A DNA stretch of 64,000 bases from an uncultured Cytophagales bacterium (GCA_963849955.1 CAWKJU010000009.1:247531-311530); one strand, 5' to 3'; shown: positions 1 through 10,484, counted from the stretch's first letter. The notes: generated by a model not told the origin, from the sequence alone. Numbers and translations: made by a program.

Positions 1-1525
1 TTAAATGTACAATGTGGTTAGTATCTATTTTATTTTTTATAATTCCTTCAAAAGCGATTTCATAATAATTGGAATTAATTTCATAACCTTCTTTATCTAA
101 CGCTTTCAATGCAAAACTATACTCTTTATCATCTTGTAAGGCTACTTTGAAAAAACCGTTTTCATCACTTATTCCTAAATTACGGTTGGTGAGTTTGTCA
201 TAAATAAGCACATTACCCAAATTTGATTCAGAAGATTTTGCACCTGCTTTAGTAAAGCCCTCCATATAAACCGTCTTCGTCTTTTTAGTGGAAATTTTAT
301 AAATGTCGTCTTTGCCAAACCCACCTTTTCTTGATGAACTTATGAACCCATAACTACCATCTTTTGACAATGTTATTCCAAAATCATCACTTGGACTATT
401 CACTGGTTCTCCTAAATTAAAAACTTGACCAGAATCAATTCCAGATAAAGACATTTTGTAAAGGTCTAAACCACCTAAGCCAGCATGACCATCAGAAGCA
501 AAGTACAAAATAGTGTCATTGTGAAAATAAGGAAACATTTCATTACCTAATGTATTTAACATACCCTCTATTCGAGTAGGTTTAGACCAATCATCGCCCA
601 TCTTTTTTGACCTATATAAATCTTTATTTCCATTCACATCTGAAACAAACACTAAATATTGTCCATCATTGGATATGGCTGGGTGTCCTTCTGCCACTCC
701 ATTTTTCATTAAATTAAGCGGAATTGGCTTACTCCATTCCCCTGCAGCGTTTCTGTTGGATTGATATAATCGAAGTAGATTTTTATTTACTCCTGTTTGA
801 TTAGATCGTGTGAAAATAAACGTATTACCTATCATGACGCCAGGCCCGTCATGAAATTTATGTTTCTCTCCATTCCATAAAGATATGATTGACTTAGATA
901 AACTGTCTGCTGAATATTTAACTAAAAACAATTCAGAATATGCCCTCCCCATTGCATCTACAGCATTCGCATTTCTATCTGACACTATAATTACCCCCTC
1001 GTCTGTGATTAAAGGACTATATTCAGAATATTGCGTATTAAAAGTTACTGGTTTAATCGCATAATTTTCACTATGAGATTGATAATAAGCTCTGTTATTT
1101 AAAAAATTCAACTGCTTATCGGTGTAATCATTCCCACCTGTTTCTCGATCATAATACGCTAACCAAACTTTTGCTTGTTCATATTTCCCATTATGAGTTA
1201 ATAATTGAGCATAATTCAAATAATATTCATAGGGCAAATGTGAAACAGAATCAATAACTCTACTATAAGCTTTTTCTGACGCTGTGTACTGATGTGATTT
1301 TCGATAAGCTTCAGCAATCTTGAGCTTTATAAATTTGTTATTTGGCAAAAGCTTTTCTGCCTTTCTATATTGTTTAATTGAGTTATCATAGTCATTTTTT
1401 TTAAAAAAACGATCCCCTTTTTTTATATATGCAGAAGACCCTCCCGAAATATCATCTTGGGATTTTGCTTGGTAACAAGTTACAAGCAATACAATTATTA
1501 ATATGTTTCTAACTAATGTCTTCAC
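1..1525 (-). CDS. TPR/PD40 (TolB-like beta-propeller) repeat protein, probable OmpA-family partner of PorP/SprF; N-terminal ~508 codons only, 3' end lies beyond the window start
   Basis: Manual minus-strand translation from a GTG at 1525-1523 (it overlaps the PorP stop by 1 nt). It shows signal peptide MKTLVRNILIIVLLVTCYQAKSQ, TPR-like helices, then repeated PD40-like strands (VIIVSDRN, QYLVFVSD, ILYFASDG, GFISSSRKGG). The frame stays open to position 1. It is absent from the ORF track, apparently because no stop lies inside the window. Its position after adhesin and PorP/SprF matches the common Bacteroidota triad. Confidence 0.55.
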   Translation of the reverse strand, partial: MKTLVRNILIIVLLVTCYQAKSQDDISGGSSAYIKKGDRFFKKNDYDNSIKQYRKAEKLLPNNKFIKLKIAEAYRKSHQYTASEKAYSRVIDSVSHLPYEYYLNYAQLLTHNGKYEQAKVWLAYYDRETGGNDYTDKQLNFLNNRAYYQSHSENYAIKPVTFNTQYSEYSPLITDEGVIIVSDRNANAVDAMGRAYSELFLVKYSADSLSKSIISLWNGEKHKFHDGPGVMIGNTFIFTRSNQTGVNKNLLRLYQSNRNAAGEWSKPIPLNLMKNGVAEGHPAISNDGQYLVFVSDVNGNKDLYRSKKMGDDWSKPTRIEGMLNTLGNEMFPYFHNDTILYFASDGHAGLGGLDLYKMSLSGIDSGQVFNLGEPVNSPSDDFGITLSKDGSYGFISSSRKGGFGKDDIYKISTKKTKTVYMEGFTKAGAKSSESNLGNVLIYDKLTNRNLGISDENGFFKVALQDDKEYSFALKALDKEGYEINSNYYEIAFEGIIKNKIDTNHIVHL

Positions 1526-2445
1526 TAAAAATACCGAGGCGAATATACTTTATCTTTTTCGTTTTCCTGAGGAACAAGCCTAAAACCTAACATGATTTCG
1601 TGTGATCCTGAATTGTATTGACTAAAATCGGATAATCCAAAATCGTAAGAATATCCTAAGCGCAAGCGTTCACTGAGGTTCAACTCGAATAAGAAATCTA
1701 AGGATTCTGTTGTTCGATAGGAAAAACCAAACCATATCACATCGTAGATTAACATGTTCAAGTTAACATCTACTTGAACAGGCATATCTTTCGTGTACCG
1801 AACTTGCACGTTGGGCTTTAATTTAAAAGATTGTCCTAATGGAATTACATAACCAGCATTAAAATAATAATGTCTGTTTAAAGTTGATTTACTTGCATTA
1901 GTTTTATTCGTTAGAATCCGAGGTAATGATAGACCAACATAAAATTTAGCGTTGTAATAAAATAATCCTGCTCCGAAATTAGGAAGAAAGGAAGAACTGT
2001 TTTGTCCATTATTAAAAGCTACATCTCCTTCATCACGTAAATTCAAACTACTATTATTTGTGGTATAATGCATTGCACCAGCACTAAGTCCCATAGCGAG
2101 CGTAGTTTTCTTAAAAATAACCCGATGTGAGTAGGCACCACTAAATGAAATTTTCTTGGTGTATAGGTCTTCATCATATAGTATACCACCGCCTACACCT
2201 GTTTTTTGGTTTCCTAATAATGTATGCGCATTGGCTATGTAAGTTTTAGGACTAGTTATACCTTCTCTAGCTCCTACCCATTGGTATCTGGATTGAATTG
2301 TCGTGGCTAAATAATCTTGACTTCCCGCGTAGGCAGGGTTATAAACAAATGGATTAAACATGTATTGAGTCAACAAAGGGTCTTGCTGAGCCCAAATTGA
2401 ACCAAGAGAAAAGGATATAAATAATATAGTAATGAGTCTCTTCAC
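1525..2445 (-). CDS. type IX secretion system membrane protein, PorP/SprF family
   Basis: 306 aa with a signal peptide. The N-terminal QQDPLLTQYMFNPFVYNPAYAGS signature and the beta-barrel-like C-terminus (GYSYDF...MLGFRL) are typical of PorP/SprF. It lies immediately downstream of a T9SS-CTD adhesin. Confidence 0.8.
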   Translation of the reverse strand: MKRLITILFISFSLGSIWAQQDPLLTQYMFNPFVYNPAYAGSQDYLATTIQSRYQWVGAREGITSPKTYIANAHTLLGNQKTGVGGGILYDEDLYTKKISFSGAYSHRVIFKKTTLAMGLSAGAMHYTTNNSSLNLRDEGDVAFNNGQNSSSFLPNFGAGLFYYNAKFYVGLSLPRILTNKTNASKSTLNRHYYFNAGYVIPLGQSFKLKPNVQVRYTKDMPVQVDVNLNMLIYDVIWFGFSYRTTESLDFLFELNLSERLRLGYSYDFGLSDFSQYNSGSHEIMLGFRLVPQENEKDKVYSPRYF

Positions 2446-2447
2446 GT

Positions 2448-5400
2448 CTATCGTTGCAATATTATCGTTCCGGTTATGGGTTCTAATTCTATATTATCAG
2501 ATTTTATCGCAAAATAATAAACCCCTTCAGGAACTCCTTCTCCATCCCATAAGCCATTTTCACCAATAGATAGAGATAAATGTTCATAAACTACACTCCC
2601 CCATCTATTAAAAATCTGCAGGGTACTGCCTTCATATTCTTCTATGTTATCAATAGTCCATACATCGTTTATTCCATCTCCATTCGGAGAAAAACCATCA
2701 TAAGTAACTATATCTTCTTTCTGTTGAAATTGAATAATCACCTTGTCTGTTTTACACATACAAGAATAATCACATAACCGATAGTTAATTGTATCAGCCG
2801 TAGGCAGTTCCTCATTCAATCCGTAGTTATATTTAATAGTGTGTTGAGCGGTAACCAGACTTGTACCAAATAATGAAGGTTCAACGATTGTTAAAGTTGT
2901 AAAATCAACTCCATCCATATCAGTAACATTTTCTAGCACATCAATTTCATAACTTAGAGAATTATTATCGGGGATTGTGAAATAAATTGTATTAGTTTTT
3001 GGTGGAGCATTTTTAATGATATCTACAACTATTGTAGCTGTATCGCAGTTGTTTAGCGTGTCACACAGTCGGTATTTAATATCAAATTGTTGCTGAAAAA
3101 TTGTATCTGGATAATAATCAGCAGTCAACTCACCTGTTAGGCTTAAATTCCATAAAAATCGTTTAGGAAAAGGCAATAGTGATAAAGTAGAATAATCAGC
3201 TAAACCTTTTAAAGAATCATTCGAAAGGATATTTATTTGTCCTGTTACACAACCCTCTTTAAAAGTGAAATAGTCATCATTTAAAACCATTTTACTCGTA
3301 GATACGGAGGAGGTATCAGTGACTTTTATTTCTAAGAAACCCGTGTTACACACACAATTTGAATCACAGACTTCATAGCTTAACTTATCGGTCCCAACAA
3401 AAAAACTAGTATTTGAATAAACAAGTTGGATAATCCCCCCTATCGATTTCAGTGCAACCCCATTTTTTAAATTTGATGTGATTTTTAGGCTGGAGAAATC
3501 TAAACCAATCCTATTATCAAAATCATTTTTAAGCACATTAACAAGAGTATCGGTGCCTTGTCGGATAGTGATTTTATCATTCCCAACTACTGGTGCCGTA
3601 TTAAAAACCACATCGATAACAATAAATGATGAATCACATAGTCCTTGTGTATCACAAACCTTATATTGAAGCGAATCTAAACCAAAAAAATCAGGCTTAG
3701 TTGAGTAGTCAAAAAACAACTGACCTTTTGCATCTTTTGAAGGTGATATACCAGATATTGACTCTCCAATTTGAAAACTTGAAAAATCTAGACTGTCGTT
3801 TTCATCTGGTTCAATTACATCTTTTAAAACCTCCAAAAACAGCGTATTATTACAATTTCCTTGAATGGTCTTTTCCGTTACACGTACAGTTATTGGGGCA
3901 TCATTTTGTGCTGAAATAAATATGTAAAGAGTATCTTCAGCACAATTTAAAGTAAAATCACATACTCGATAAATAATTGTATCGACTCCGTTATAATTTG
4001 TATTCGGAAGATAGCTTATCCGCTCTATATCTGAATTATAAGTCGCTACACCATGAAGACCATTTTTAACTATTTCCAATGACTGGCGGTTCATATTGTC
4101 ATCTTCATCTGTATCATTAGCTAGTACATCGATAGTTTTCACCTCATCTTCTAAAAGCATTAAAGTATCTGTTTTTGTAATAGGAAAGCTTCCTGAGTTA
4201 ACAAACACAAACACATACCCTGTATCACAAAGCCCTGTACTATCGCATATTGAGTATGTAATGGTATCTTTACCTTTAAATGAAGGAATAAGGCTATAGT
4301 CAATTTTAATTTCACCTATTTCTTCATTATTAACTGATATAATGGCATTACTCACAGATTTAAGTACACTAATTGAGCTTTTCTTTATATCACCATCAGG
4401 ATCGATATCATTAGTAGCGATATCAACAACAACTACGCTAGCTTGAGCTGTACCTATTGAATCTGATTGTACCATGGGTGGATCTTCTTTTGACAATACT
4501 GTTACCTGGACTATTGCACTATCACAGAATGGCTCTCGACTTGTTAAATCACAGACTTTATAAGCAAAAATATCGCTTCCGTTGAAATTTTTATGTGGTG
4601 TATATGAGATACGATTATCTAGTAACTGAGCTAAACCATTCATCGAATAAGGAGCTATCAAGACCATGCTACTGGAATCAAGATTATCATCAACATCGTT
4701 TAGCAATACGTTAAAAACCGATGACTCGTCTTCATTGATCAAAAAAGTGTCATTAACAACATTAGGGAGTACAAAATCAGCTTTAAGTACCAAATTTGAA
4801 AATTCCGAAGTATTTCCGTTTTCACTAGCTAGTACTGAGAAAGATCTTTGGGTAGAATTAAAAGCAAATGTTTCTTTAATCTTTGCACCATCCACAACTT
4901 CCAGTGATTTTGAACCTAAAAATATTTCTCCTGAAAACTTGGAGGTATCACGTGTGTCATTTGAATAGAAATCGAACCGTATGGTGCCATTTAAACCGAT
5001 ATGTGTAAGATAAAATGTAACACTATCATCTAAAATATAAACACTGTCTAATAGTGGTCTGTTTTGAAATCCATTAGGCCCATCATCTAAATCTCCTGGA
5101 TCTCTAATATCGTTTAGATCGTCACCTAAGTCTATTCCTAAATCGGTATTACCGTAAATTGAATTATAGTTCAGGTCATTGCTTTGACTATTGCCAACAA
5201 CTACCACGCCATCGGTTATTGATTTTGTAATGATATTTTTTCCAGATTCAGTGCCATCACCTATTAAATTAAAAGAAGAATTATTAATAAAAATACCCAC
5301 ATCATTATTTTCAAATAGGTTAGAAAAGACACCAACATTAAACGTGTTATCCATCAAAACTGCAGCAGCAATAAAACCTTTAAATTTTAAATGTAAAACA

Positions 5401-5762
5401 GTACTCAATTCAGCTCCAGCTATAAAAATCAAACCATGAGGTCGAACTCGCTGACCGTCTAACGAGATTAAGTGTAGACTTGAGTCAATTCCTCGAAAAG
5501 CATTTTGAGACAAACCATCAACAAAAACTTTATCGGTAATAGTAGGTAGGAGTTTGTCAAGCAGTATGATTTGTTCTCCATCTTGAGGAATATTAAAAAG
5601 AATAGTATCTTCTCCAGGTCGTGTATTCGCTAATTCGATTGCATTGTTTAAACTTCCTAAGCCAGATGAATTAGCATTTATTACTGTATACTTATCTGAA
5701 AAGGCCATAAATGCCAAGAAAAAAAATAAAAAAGAAAACAAACACTTTTTTGTAATCCGCAT
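2448..5762 (-). CDS. large cell-surface adhesin with type-B T9SS C-terminal sorting domain (gliding motility-associated C-terminal domain) and seven Cys-pair Ig-like repeats
   Basis: 1104 aa. C-terminus is YDGFSPNGDGINDVWTIDNIEEY...LQIFNRWGSVVY, matching the FSPNGDGxNDxW type-B CTD. Seven ~95-aa internal repeats end in Y[KR]VCDxxxxC[DN]TAxVxVxV-like motifs (YKVCDLTSREPFCDSAIVQVTV through YRLCDYSCMCKTDKVIIQF). Signal peptide is present. Confidence 0.8.
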   Translation of the reverse strand: MRITKKCLFSFLFFFLAFMAFSDKYTVINANSSGLGSLNNAIELANTRPGEDTILFNIPQDGEQIILLDKLLPTITDKVFVDGLSQNAFRGIDSSLHLISLDGQRVRPHGLIFIAGAELSTVLHLKFKGFIAAAVLMDNTFNVGVFSNLFENNDVGIFINNSSFNLIGDGTESGKNIITKSITDGVVVVGNSQSNDLNYNSIYGNTDLGIDLGDDLNDIRDPGDLDDGPNGFQNRPLLDSVYILDDSVTFYLTHIGLNGTIRFDFYSNDTRDTSKFSGEIFLGSKSLEVVDGAKIKETFAFNSTQRSFSVLASENGNTSEFSNLVLKADFVLPNVVNDTFLINEDESSVFNVLLNDVDDNLDSSSMVLIAPYSMNGLAQLLDNRISYTPHKNFNGSDIFAYKVCDLTSREPFCDSAIVQVTVLSKEDPPMVQSDSIGTAQASVVVVDIATNDIDPDGDIKKSSISVLKSVSNAIISVNNEEIGEIKIDYSLIPSFKGKDTITYSICDSTGLCDTGYVFVFVNSGSFPITKTDTLMLLEDEVKTIDVLANDTDEDDNMNRQSLEIVKNGLHGVATYNSDIERISYLPNTNYNGVDTIIYRVCDFTLNCAEDTLYIFISAQNDAPITVRVTEKTIQGNCNNTLFLEVLKDVIEPDENDSLDFSSFQIGESISGISPSKDAKGQLFFDYSTKPDFFGLDSLQYKVCDTQGLCDSSFIVIDVVFNTAPVVGNDKITIRQGTDTLVNVLKNDFDNRIGLDFSSLKITSNLKNGVALKSIGGIIQLVYSNTSFFVGTDKLSYEVCDSNCVCNTGFLEIKVTDTSSVSTSKMVLNDDYFTFKEGCVTGQINILSNDSLKGLADYSTLSLLPFPKRFLWNLSLTGELTADYYPDTIFQQQFDIKYRLCDTLNNCDTATIVVDIIKNAPPKTNTIYFTIPDNNSLSYEIDVLENVTDMDGVDFTTLTIVEPSLFGTSLVTAQHTIKYNYGLNEELPTADTINYRLCDYSCMCKTDKVIIQFQQKEDIVTYDGFSPNGDGINDVWTIDNIEEYEGSTLQIFNRWGSVVYEHLSLSIGENGLWDGEGVPEGVYYFAIKSDNIELEPITGTIILQR

Positions 5763-5834
5763 TTTCAGGTTGATATTGTCAACAAAGTTTGATTAAATAT
5801 ACTTAATTAACAAGTTTGAAAAAACATTCATCAC

Positions 5835-6494
5835 TTGGCTATGAAATTCATTAACCTTCACTGTCACCGATTGACACAATCTGAAACAGAATTACGGATA
5901 TATAACAGGTATACAAATGAAAATAAACCTCATGGTTTTTACAGTTGTGGCATTCACCCTTGGAAAATTGAAAATTGGGAAGCACAATTTGAAACGTTAC
6001 AAGAGTTAGTAAAAGATGAAAATTGTATTGCCATTGGGGAATGTGGTGTTGACCGAGTGATTGAAACTTCCATTGAATTGCAACAAACCATTTTTGAACA
6101 ACAAATTATTTTAGCTGAAAAAGTTAAAAAACCCTTGATAATTCACTGTGTTAAAGCGTTTGACATCCTTTTATATTTAAATAAAAAACATCAAATATCT
6201 GTTCCTGTCATCTCACATGGATACAAAAGTAAACCCGAACAACTTCAACAACTTACTCAGGCAGGAATCAAAGTTTCCATTGGAAAAGCAATACTTAATG
6301 ATAACTCACCTTTAGAAGAATGTCTGAATCAACTATCTTTGCGCGATTTCTTTTTAGAGACAGACAATTCACCTGACATAAGTATTGAACAGATTTATGA
6401 AAAAGTAAGTGAATTAACAAAATATACTGTTGATGAATTGAAAACTGCGTTGTATCAAAACTTTATTGAAACCTTTCCACATGCACGACTTTAA
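5835..6494 (+). CDS. TatD-family metal-dependent hydrolase (DNase-like)
   Basis: 219 aa. It shows INLHCHR (HxH), GIHPW and GECGVDR motifs in TatD order. The 3' end overlaps the next gene by 29 nt. Confidence 0.65.
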   Translation: MAMKFINLHCHRLTQSETELRIYNRYTNENKPHGFYSCGIHPWKIENWEAQFETLQELVKDENCIAIGECGVDRVIETSIELQQTIFEQQIILAEKVKKPLIIHCVKAFDILLYLNKKHQISVPVISHGYKSKPEQLQQLTQAGIKVSIGKAILNDNSPLEECLNQLSLRDFFLETDNSPDISIEQIYEKVSELTKYTVDELKTALYQNFIETFPHARL

Positions 6495-7227
6495 CTGGCT
6501 TTCACGCACAGAGCTATTAACTGGTAGAGAAAAATTAGAATTATTAGCATCAAAACACGTACTTATTGTAGGACTTGGAGGTGTGGGCTCGTATGCTGCG
6601 GAAGCAATTTGTCGAGCTGGAATAGGGAACATGACCATTGTAGATGGTGATGCCGTGGACCCTACCAACAAAAATCGGCAATTGGTAGCCCTCGACTCTA
6701 CGCAAGGTAAACTTAAAGCTGATATTATGGCTGATCGAATCAAGGATATCAATCCTGAAGTCAACTTAACTGTTCATAAATCTTTTTTAGAGCCTGATAA
6801 GATGAAAGCTTTATTGGATAATAATTCGTTTGATTATGTAATGGACTGCATTGACAGTGTGACTCCAAAAATCACGTTAATTTCTCAAGCGTATGAATCG
6901 GGAATAAAACTCGCGAGTTCTATGGGTGCAGGAGGAAAAATGGATCCTACAATGGTGCAAACAGCTGACTTTTCGGAGACCTACAATTGTAAACTCGCAC
7001 GTTATCTTCGTAAACGATTGCATCGAATGAATATTTACAACGGGTTTAAAGTCGTGTTTTCACCGGAGTCTATTTCTAAAGATTTTTTAATTCATACAGA
7101 TGGAAGTAACTTTAAACGATCAGCCTATGGTACAATAAGTTATATGCCTGCCGTTTTTGGATTAACATTGGCTTCTATTGTAATTCGTGATTTGCTGGAG
7201 TGGAAAACCATTGATAAAAACAGATAA
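6466..7227 (+). CDS. tcdA: tRNA threonylcarbamoyladenosine dehydratase (TcdA/CsdL, ThiF/MoeB E1-like fold)
   Basis: 253 aa. It carries the Rossmann motif VLIVGLGGVGSYAAEAICRAGIGNMTIVDGD, and its length and conserved tail are typical of TcdA. The true start may be an internal Met (MHDFNW...). Confidence 0.65.
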   Translation: MKPFHMHDFNWLSRTELLTGREKLELLASKHVLIVGLGGVGSYAAEAICRAGIGNMTIVDGDAVDPTNKNRQLVALDSTQGKLKADIMADRIKDINPEVNLTVHKSFLEPDKMKALLDNNSFDYVMDCIDSVTPKITLISQAYESGIKLASSMGAGGKMDPTMVQTADFSETYNCKLARYLRKRLHRMNIYNGFKVVFSPESISKDFLIHTDGSNFKRSAYGTISYMPAVFGLTLASIVIRDLLEWKTIDKNR

Positions 7228-7251
7228 TAGTCTTAAATACATTATGCTGCT

Positions 7252-8217
7252 ATGCCATTTATAACTCGTGAAGACTTCAGGGATGTGTATATAAAAACCC
7301 TCCAACGAGGTATAAAATTTTTACTTTCAAAATTCACTTTAAAAGCAGAAGAAAGAACAAAAAGCGCATTTAACGAAGTTAATATTGAAAACTCCAATTG
7401 GTGGAGTATACCTAAAGTAATTGAAAGATGGAATAAACTTATCACGGGTGATAAAACTAAAAAATACGAATATTACCTTAGCGAAGTGCTGCTTCAAAAT
7501 CAAACTACCCTCCTTTCAATAGGCTCTGGTGTTTGTAGTCATGAGCTTTTATTGGCAGAACTCAATCCTCACCTTCACATCACTTGTGTTGATATCTCCA
7601 ATGAACTATTAAACCAAGCTGCAAATACAGCCAAAGAAAAGAACATTTCTAACATTACTTTTCTTGCAGAAAACATTTACGACTATTCCTTCCAAAGCAA
7701 TTACTATGATACGGTGTTTTTCCATGCTTCACTCCACCATTTTAAAGACATGGAACAATTTATCCCAAACATCATCAAACAAGTTTTAAAACCTAATGGA
7801 TTTCTCATCATCAATGAATATGTTGGGCCAAATCGAATGCTTTATACTAATGATCAAATCCTCGCTATTAATTCTGCTTTAAAGTTAATACCTAAAAAGT
7901 ATAGATCTATTTATAAAACAAATTTAACAAAGTCCCATTATTATGGTTCTGGACTATTGCGAATGATTATAGCTGACCCATCAGAATGTGTGGATTCTGA
8001 AAAAATATTACCTGCTATTAAACAGCATTTTAAAACCATAGAGGAAAAGCCCTATGGTGGGAATATCCTGATGAGTGTTTTAAAAGATATTTCACATCAT
8101 TTCATTATTCTAGATGATGAAAAGAAACAACTATTAGACAAATTGTTCAACTATGAAGACGTCTATTTAACAAAACATTCGAGTGATTTTGTGTTTGGCA
8201 TCTATCAAAAATACTAG
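7252..8217 (+). CDS. class I SAM-dependent methyltransferase
   Basis: 321 aa with motif I LSIGSGVCSHE, VDIS, HASLHHF and LKPNGFLIINEY, as expected for class I methyltransferases. Confidence 0.65.
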   Translation: MPFITREDFRDVYIKTLQRGIKFLLSKFTLKAEERTKSAFNEVNIENSNWWSIPKVIERWNKLITGDKTKKYEYYLSEVLLQNQTTLLSIGSGVCSHELLLAELNPHLHITCVDISNELLNQAANTAKEKNISNITFLAENIYDYSFQSNYYDTVFFHASLHHFKDMEQFIPNIIKQVLKPNGFLIINEYVGPNRMLYTNDQILAINSALKLIPKKYRSIYKTNLTKSHYYGSGLLRMIIADPSECVDSEKILPAIKQHFKTIEEKPYGGNILMSVLKDISHHFIILDDEKKQLLDKLFNYEDVYLTKHSSDFVFGIYQKY

Positions 8218-8222
8218 TACTT

Positions 8223-8780
8223 GTGAAAATTGACCTTAAATATAGTTCTATTGAAAAAGAACAACTCGTTAAAACTAGTTATGACAATTGTACCTTTCAC
8301 AATTGTGATTTTTCTGAGCTTAACCTCTCCGATTATGTATTTATTGAATGTGAATTCAGCAATTGCAATTTAAGCTCATCTAAGCTACTCAACACGGCTT
8401 TTCGAGACGTAACTTTTAACAATTGTAAATTGCTTGGTCTTCACTTTGAAGACTGCAATGAGTTTTTATTTCAACTATCATTTAACGATTCAATTGTTGA
8501 TTTTTCATCCTTTCACAAGAGAAAAATGAAAAAAGCACAATTCATCAATACAAGTTTTAAAGAAGCTGATTTTTCAGAGGCCGACTTATCCGAAGCTTCC
8601 TTCCATAACTGTGATTTGTATGGTGCAACATTTGAAAAAACAATCCTCGAAAAGGCTGATTTTAGAACTGCTATTAATTATTCCATTGACCCGGAGTCGA
8701 ATAGGCTTACTAAGGCCAAGTTTTCCTTGCAGGGCGTTGCTGGTTTACTTGATAAGTATCACATCAAAATTGAGCGATAG
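8223..8780 (+). CDS. pentapeptide-repeat protein
   Basis: 185 aa made of tandem A(D/N)LxX pentapeptides (CTFHNCDFSELNLSDYVFIECEFSNCNLSSSKLLNTAF...). It starts at a GTG. Confidence 0.7.
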   Translation: MKIDLKYSSIEKEQLVKTSYDNCTFHNCDFSELNLSDYVFIECEFSNCNLSSSKLLNTAFRDVTFNNCKLLGLHFEDCNEFLFQLSFNDSIVDFSSFHKRKMKKAQFINTSFKEADFSEADLSEASFHNCDLYGATFEKTILEKADFRTAINYSIDPESNRLTKAKFSLQGVAGLLDKYHIKIER

Positions 8781-8781
8781 A

Positions 8782-9909
8782 CTAAATACCCTCAACCTTG
8801 TTCACTAACAAATCGGCATACTTCATATGCCAACTAATTGTCGGGTGCCAATCCTCTCCATATACCTCCTGATGATGGGGAAACTCTAAAAAATGAAATT
8901 TGTCCCTATTCGATCTGCTATTGGCTTCACTAACCACGTTATGCACATAACTTCCTATTTTTGACAAATTATTTCGACCAGCGGGCCAGCTATCACTCAT
9001 CATCCCTCCTACTACACATATAAACTGTGCTTTTGGAAATGTCTTTTCTAACTCAGATAAAAAATTGAGGTAGGTGGATACGTATGCTGAAGAATCAACC
9101 ATCTGAACAGGTGTACGAGTTTCTCCAAAAAAATCATTCGTACCTAATTTCACCACTATCACATCGGGAATATATTTCGTCATCTCCCATTTCTGACCAT
9201 TCGGTTTATCCGGGAAAATTAAAGGAAATATATCTGGTAAAGTTCCCGTTTTTGTCAAATCGAAATTGCGATACAGGCCTTTACCTGAATAGGCAATACA
9301 TTGGTACTGATAGTTTAACTTTCTTGACGCTAATGCACCATAGGCCATGTAATTGTTTTCATTTTTAGCATGAAACCCTACTTCCGGATTGTTTTCAGCA
9401 GTTATTTCAACACCATTACCATAACCACAAGAAAAAGAGTCTCCAATAACCAATAATTTTTTGACTGGTTTCTCAACGTTTATTATTTCTTTTAAATCCG
9501 TAAACTCGAATCCGTACAAACGGGTAATTCCAACAAATGACTCGGTACGCTTGAATAGTTGAATGGTGTGAAAAACTGACTCATCCAAATCATCAATCAA
9601 CAAATAGCTTTCTTTCTCTTCGGTAATCGCTAGGGTCTTAACCACCTCGCCATCCACTATCACATTAAAATAATTCTGTCTACCACCATCCAGGTCTTTT
9701 AAAACCGCAGAAACAGACTTTGCTTTTACTTTTATGGTAACACTTACTCCTGGATAGGCAAAATCCAAACTTTGCTTTTCAACTTCAGCAGACCGACCTT
9801 GTATAAAAACTGATGAATCAGTTGCATTTAAAAAATTAGAGTCATTCAAGGCACAAGACATTAAAACTCCTAATAGGACTAAGGAGATAACTATCAATGT
9901 TTTTTTCAT
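8782..9909 (-). CDS. SGNH/GDSL-family hydrolase with N-terminal beta-sandwich domain (secreted esterase)
   Basis: 375 aa. Signal peptide, the LLVIGDSFSCGYG block (GDS motif) and the KLGTNDF block are present. Domain order resembles CE2-type acetyl esterases. Confidence 0.65.
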   Translation of the reverse strand: MKKTLIVISLVLLGVLMSCALNDSNFLNATDSSVFIQGRSAEVEKQSLDFAYPGVSVTIKVKAKSVSAVLKDLDGGRQNYFNVIVDGEVVKTLAITEEKESYLLIDDLDESVFHTIQLFKRTESFVGITRLYGFEFTDLKEIINVEKPVKKLLVIGDSFSCGYGNGVEITAENNPEVGFHAKNENNYMAYGALASRKLNYQYQCIAYSGKGLYRNFDLTKTGTLPDIFPLIFPDKPNGQKWEMTKYIPDVIVVKLGTNDFFGETRTPVQMVDSSAYVSTYLNFLSELEKTFPKAQFICVVGGMMSDSWPAGRNNLSKIGSYVHNVVSEANSRSNRDKFHFLEFPHHQEVYGEDWHPTISWHMKYADLLVNKVEGI

Positions 9910-10478
9910 TAGTTCATGTTTTGATTAAAATACGCTGACACACTTTGACAAAAATATCGTAATGCTTGATTGATGTTCTTTTTTCCAAAATCTACTACCA
10001 CATATTCCTCTTCAGAATGCGTTTTATTGATATAATAATAAATGTATAAATCTTTAAATGCAGGCACACTGGTATCTGATTCCTCTAACAATGTTTCCAA
10101 TAAATCGGGATTTTCTAAGTAATAATAGGCCATTTTTCGGGTCAACTGACTAAAGCTTTCCAAGACAAACACTTGCTTTTTTATTTGTTGTAATTTATTA
10201 AGTGAAATAGTTTTATAGGAAAATGGATATTCTGCAGCAAAAATCTTCTCAACCATTGCGTTAGCTTTTTCTATTTTCTTGTTGCGTTTAACTACACGAT
10301 CATAATCCCGCTTCTCAATAACTGTTCGAGGTGTCTTTTTTGTTAACGGATAATAATCAAAAAGAGGGACATATAAAGTGTCCGTTTTTAAGCTTTCAGG
10401 ATAATCAAAATAAGTTTGTGCCTGAATTTGATGGAAAAAAGTACTAAGAAGAAGAAATAATATAACTTTGCGTATCAT
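9909..10478 (-). CDS. hypothetical secreted protein
   Basis: 189-aa ORF with an N-terminal signal peptide (MIRKVILFLLLSTFFHQIQAQ) and no recognisable catalytic motif. Confidence 0.4.
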   Translation of the reverse strand: MIRKVILFLLLSTFFHQIQAQTYFDYPESLKTDTLYVPLFDYYPLTKKTPRTVIEKRDYDRVVKRNKKIEKANAMVEKIFAAEYPFSYKTISLNKLQQIKKQVFVLESFSQLTRKMAYYYLENPDLLETLLEESDTSVPAFKDLYIYYYINKTHSEEEYVVVDFGKKNINQALRYFCQSVSAYFNQNMN

Positions 10479-10484
10479 ATATAT

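Noticed and set aside
2580-5439. Six short plus-strand ORFs (60-100 aa) inside the adhesin gene.
   Set aside because: All are antisense to a long, motif-rich 1104-aa CDS. They are low-complexity (Ser/Thr/Leu/Phe-rich mirror translations of an Asp/Asn/Ser-rich gene) and lack starts with plausible context, so they are spurious.
5835-7227. The 29-nt overlap of TatD and TcdA ORFs as a frameshifted single gene.
   Set aside because: The two products belong to unrelated, individually complete families of normal length. A downstream Met in the second ORF removes most of the overlap.
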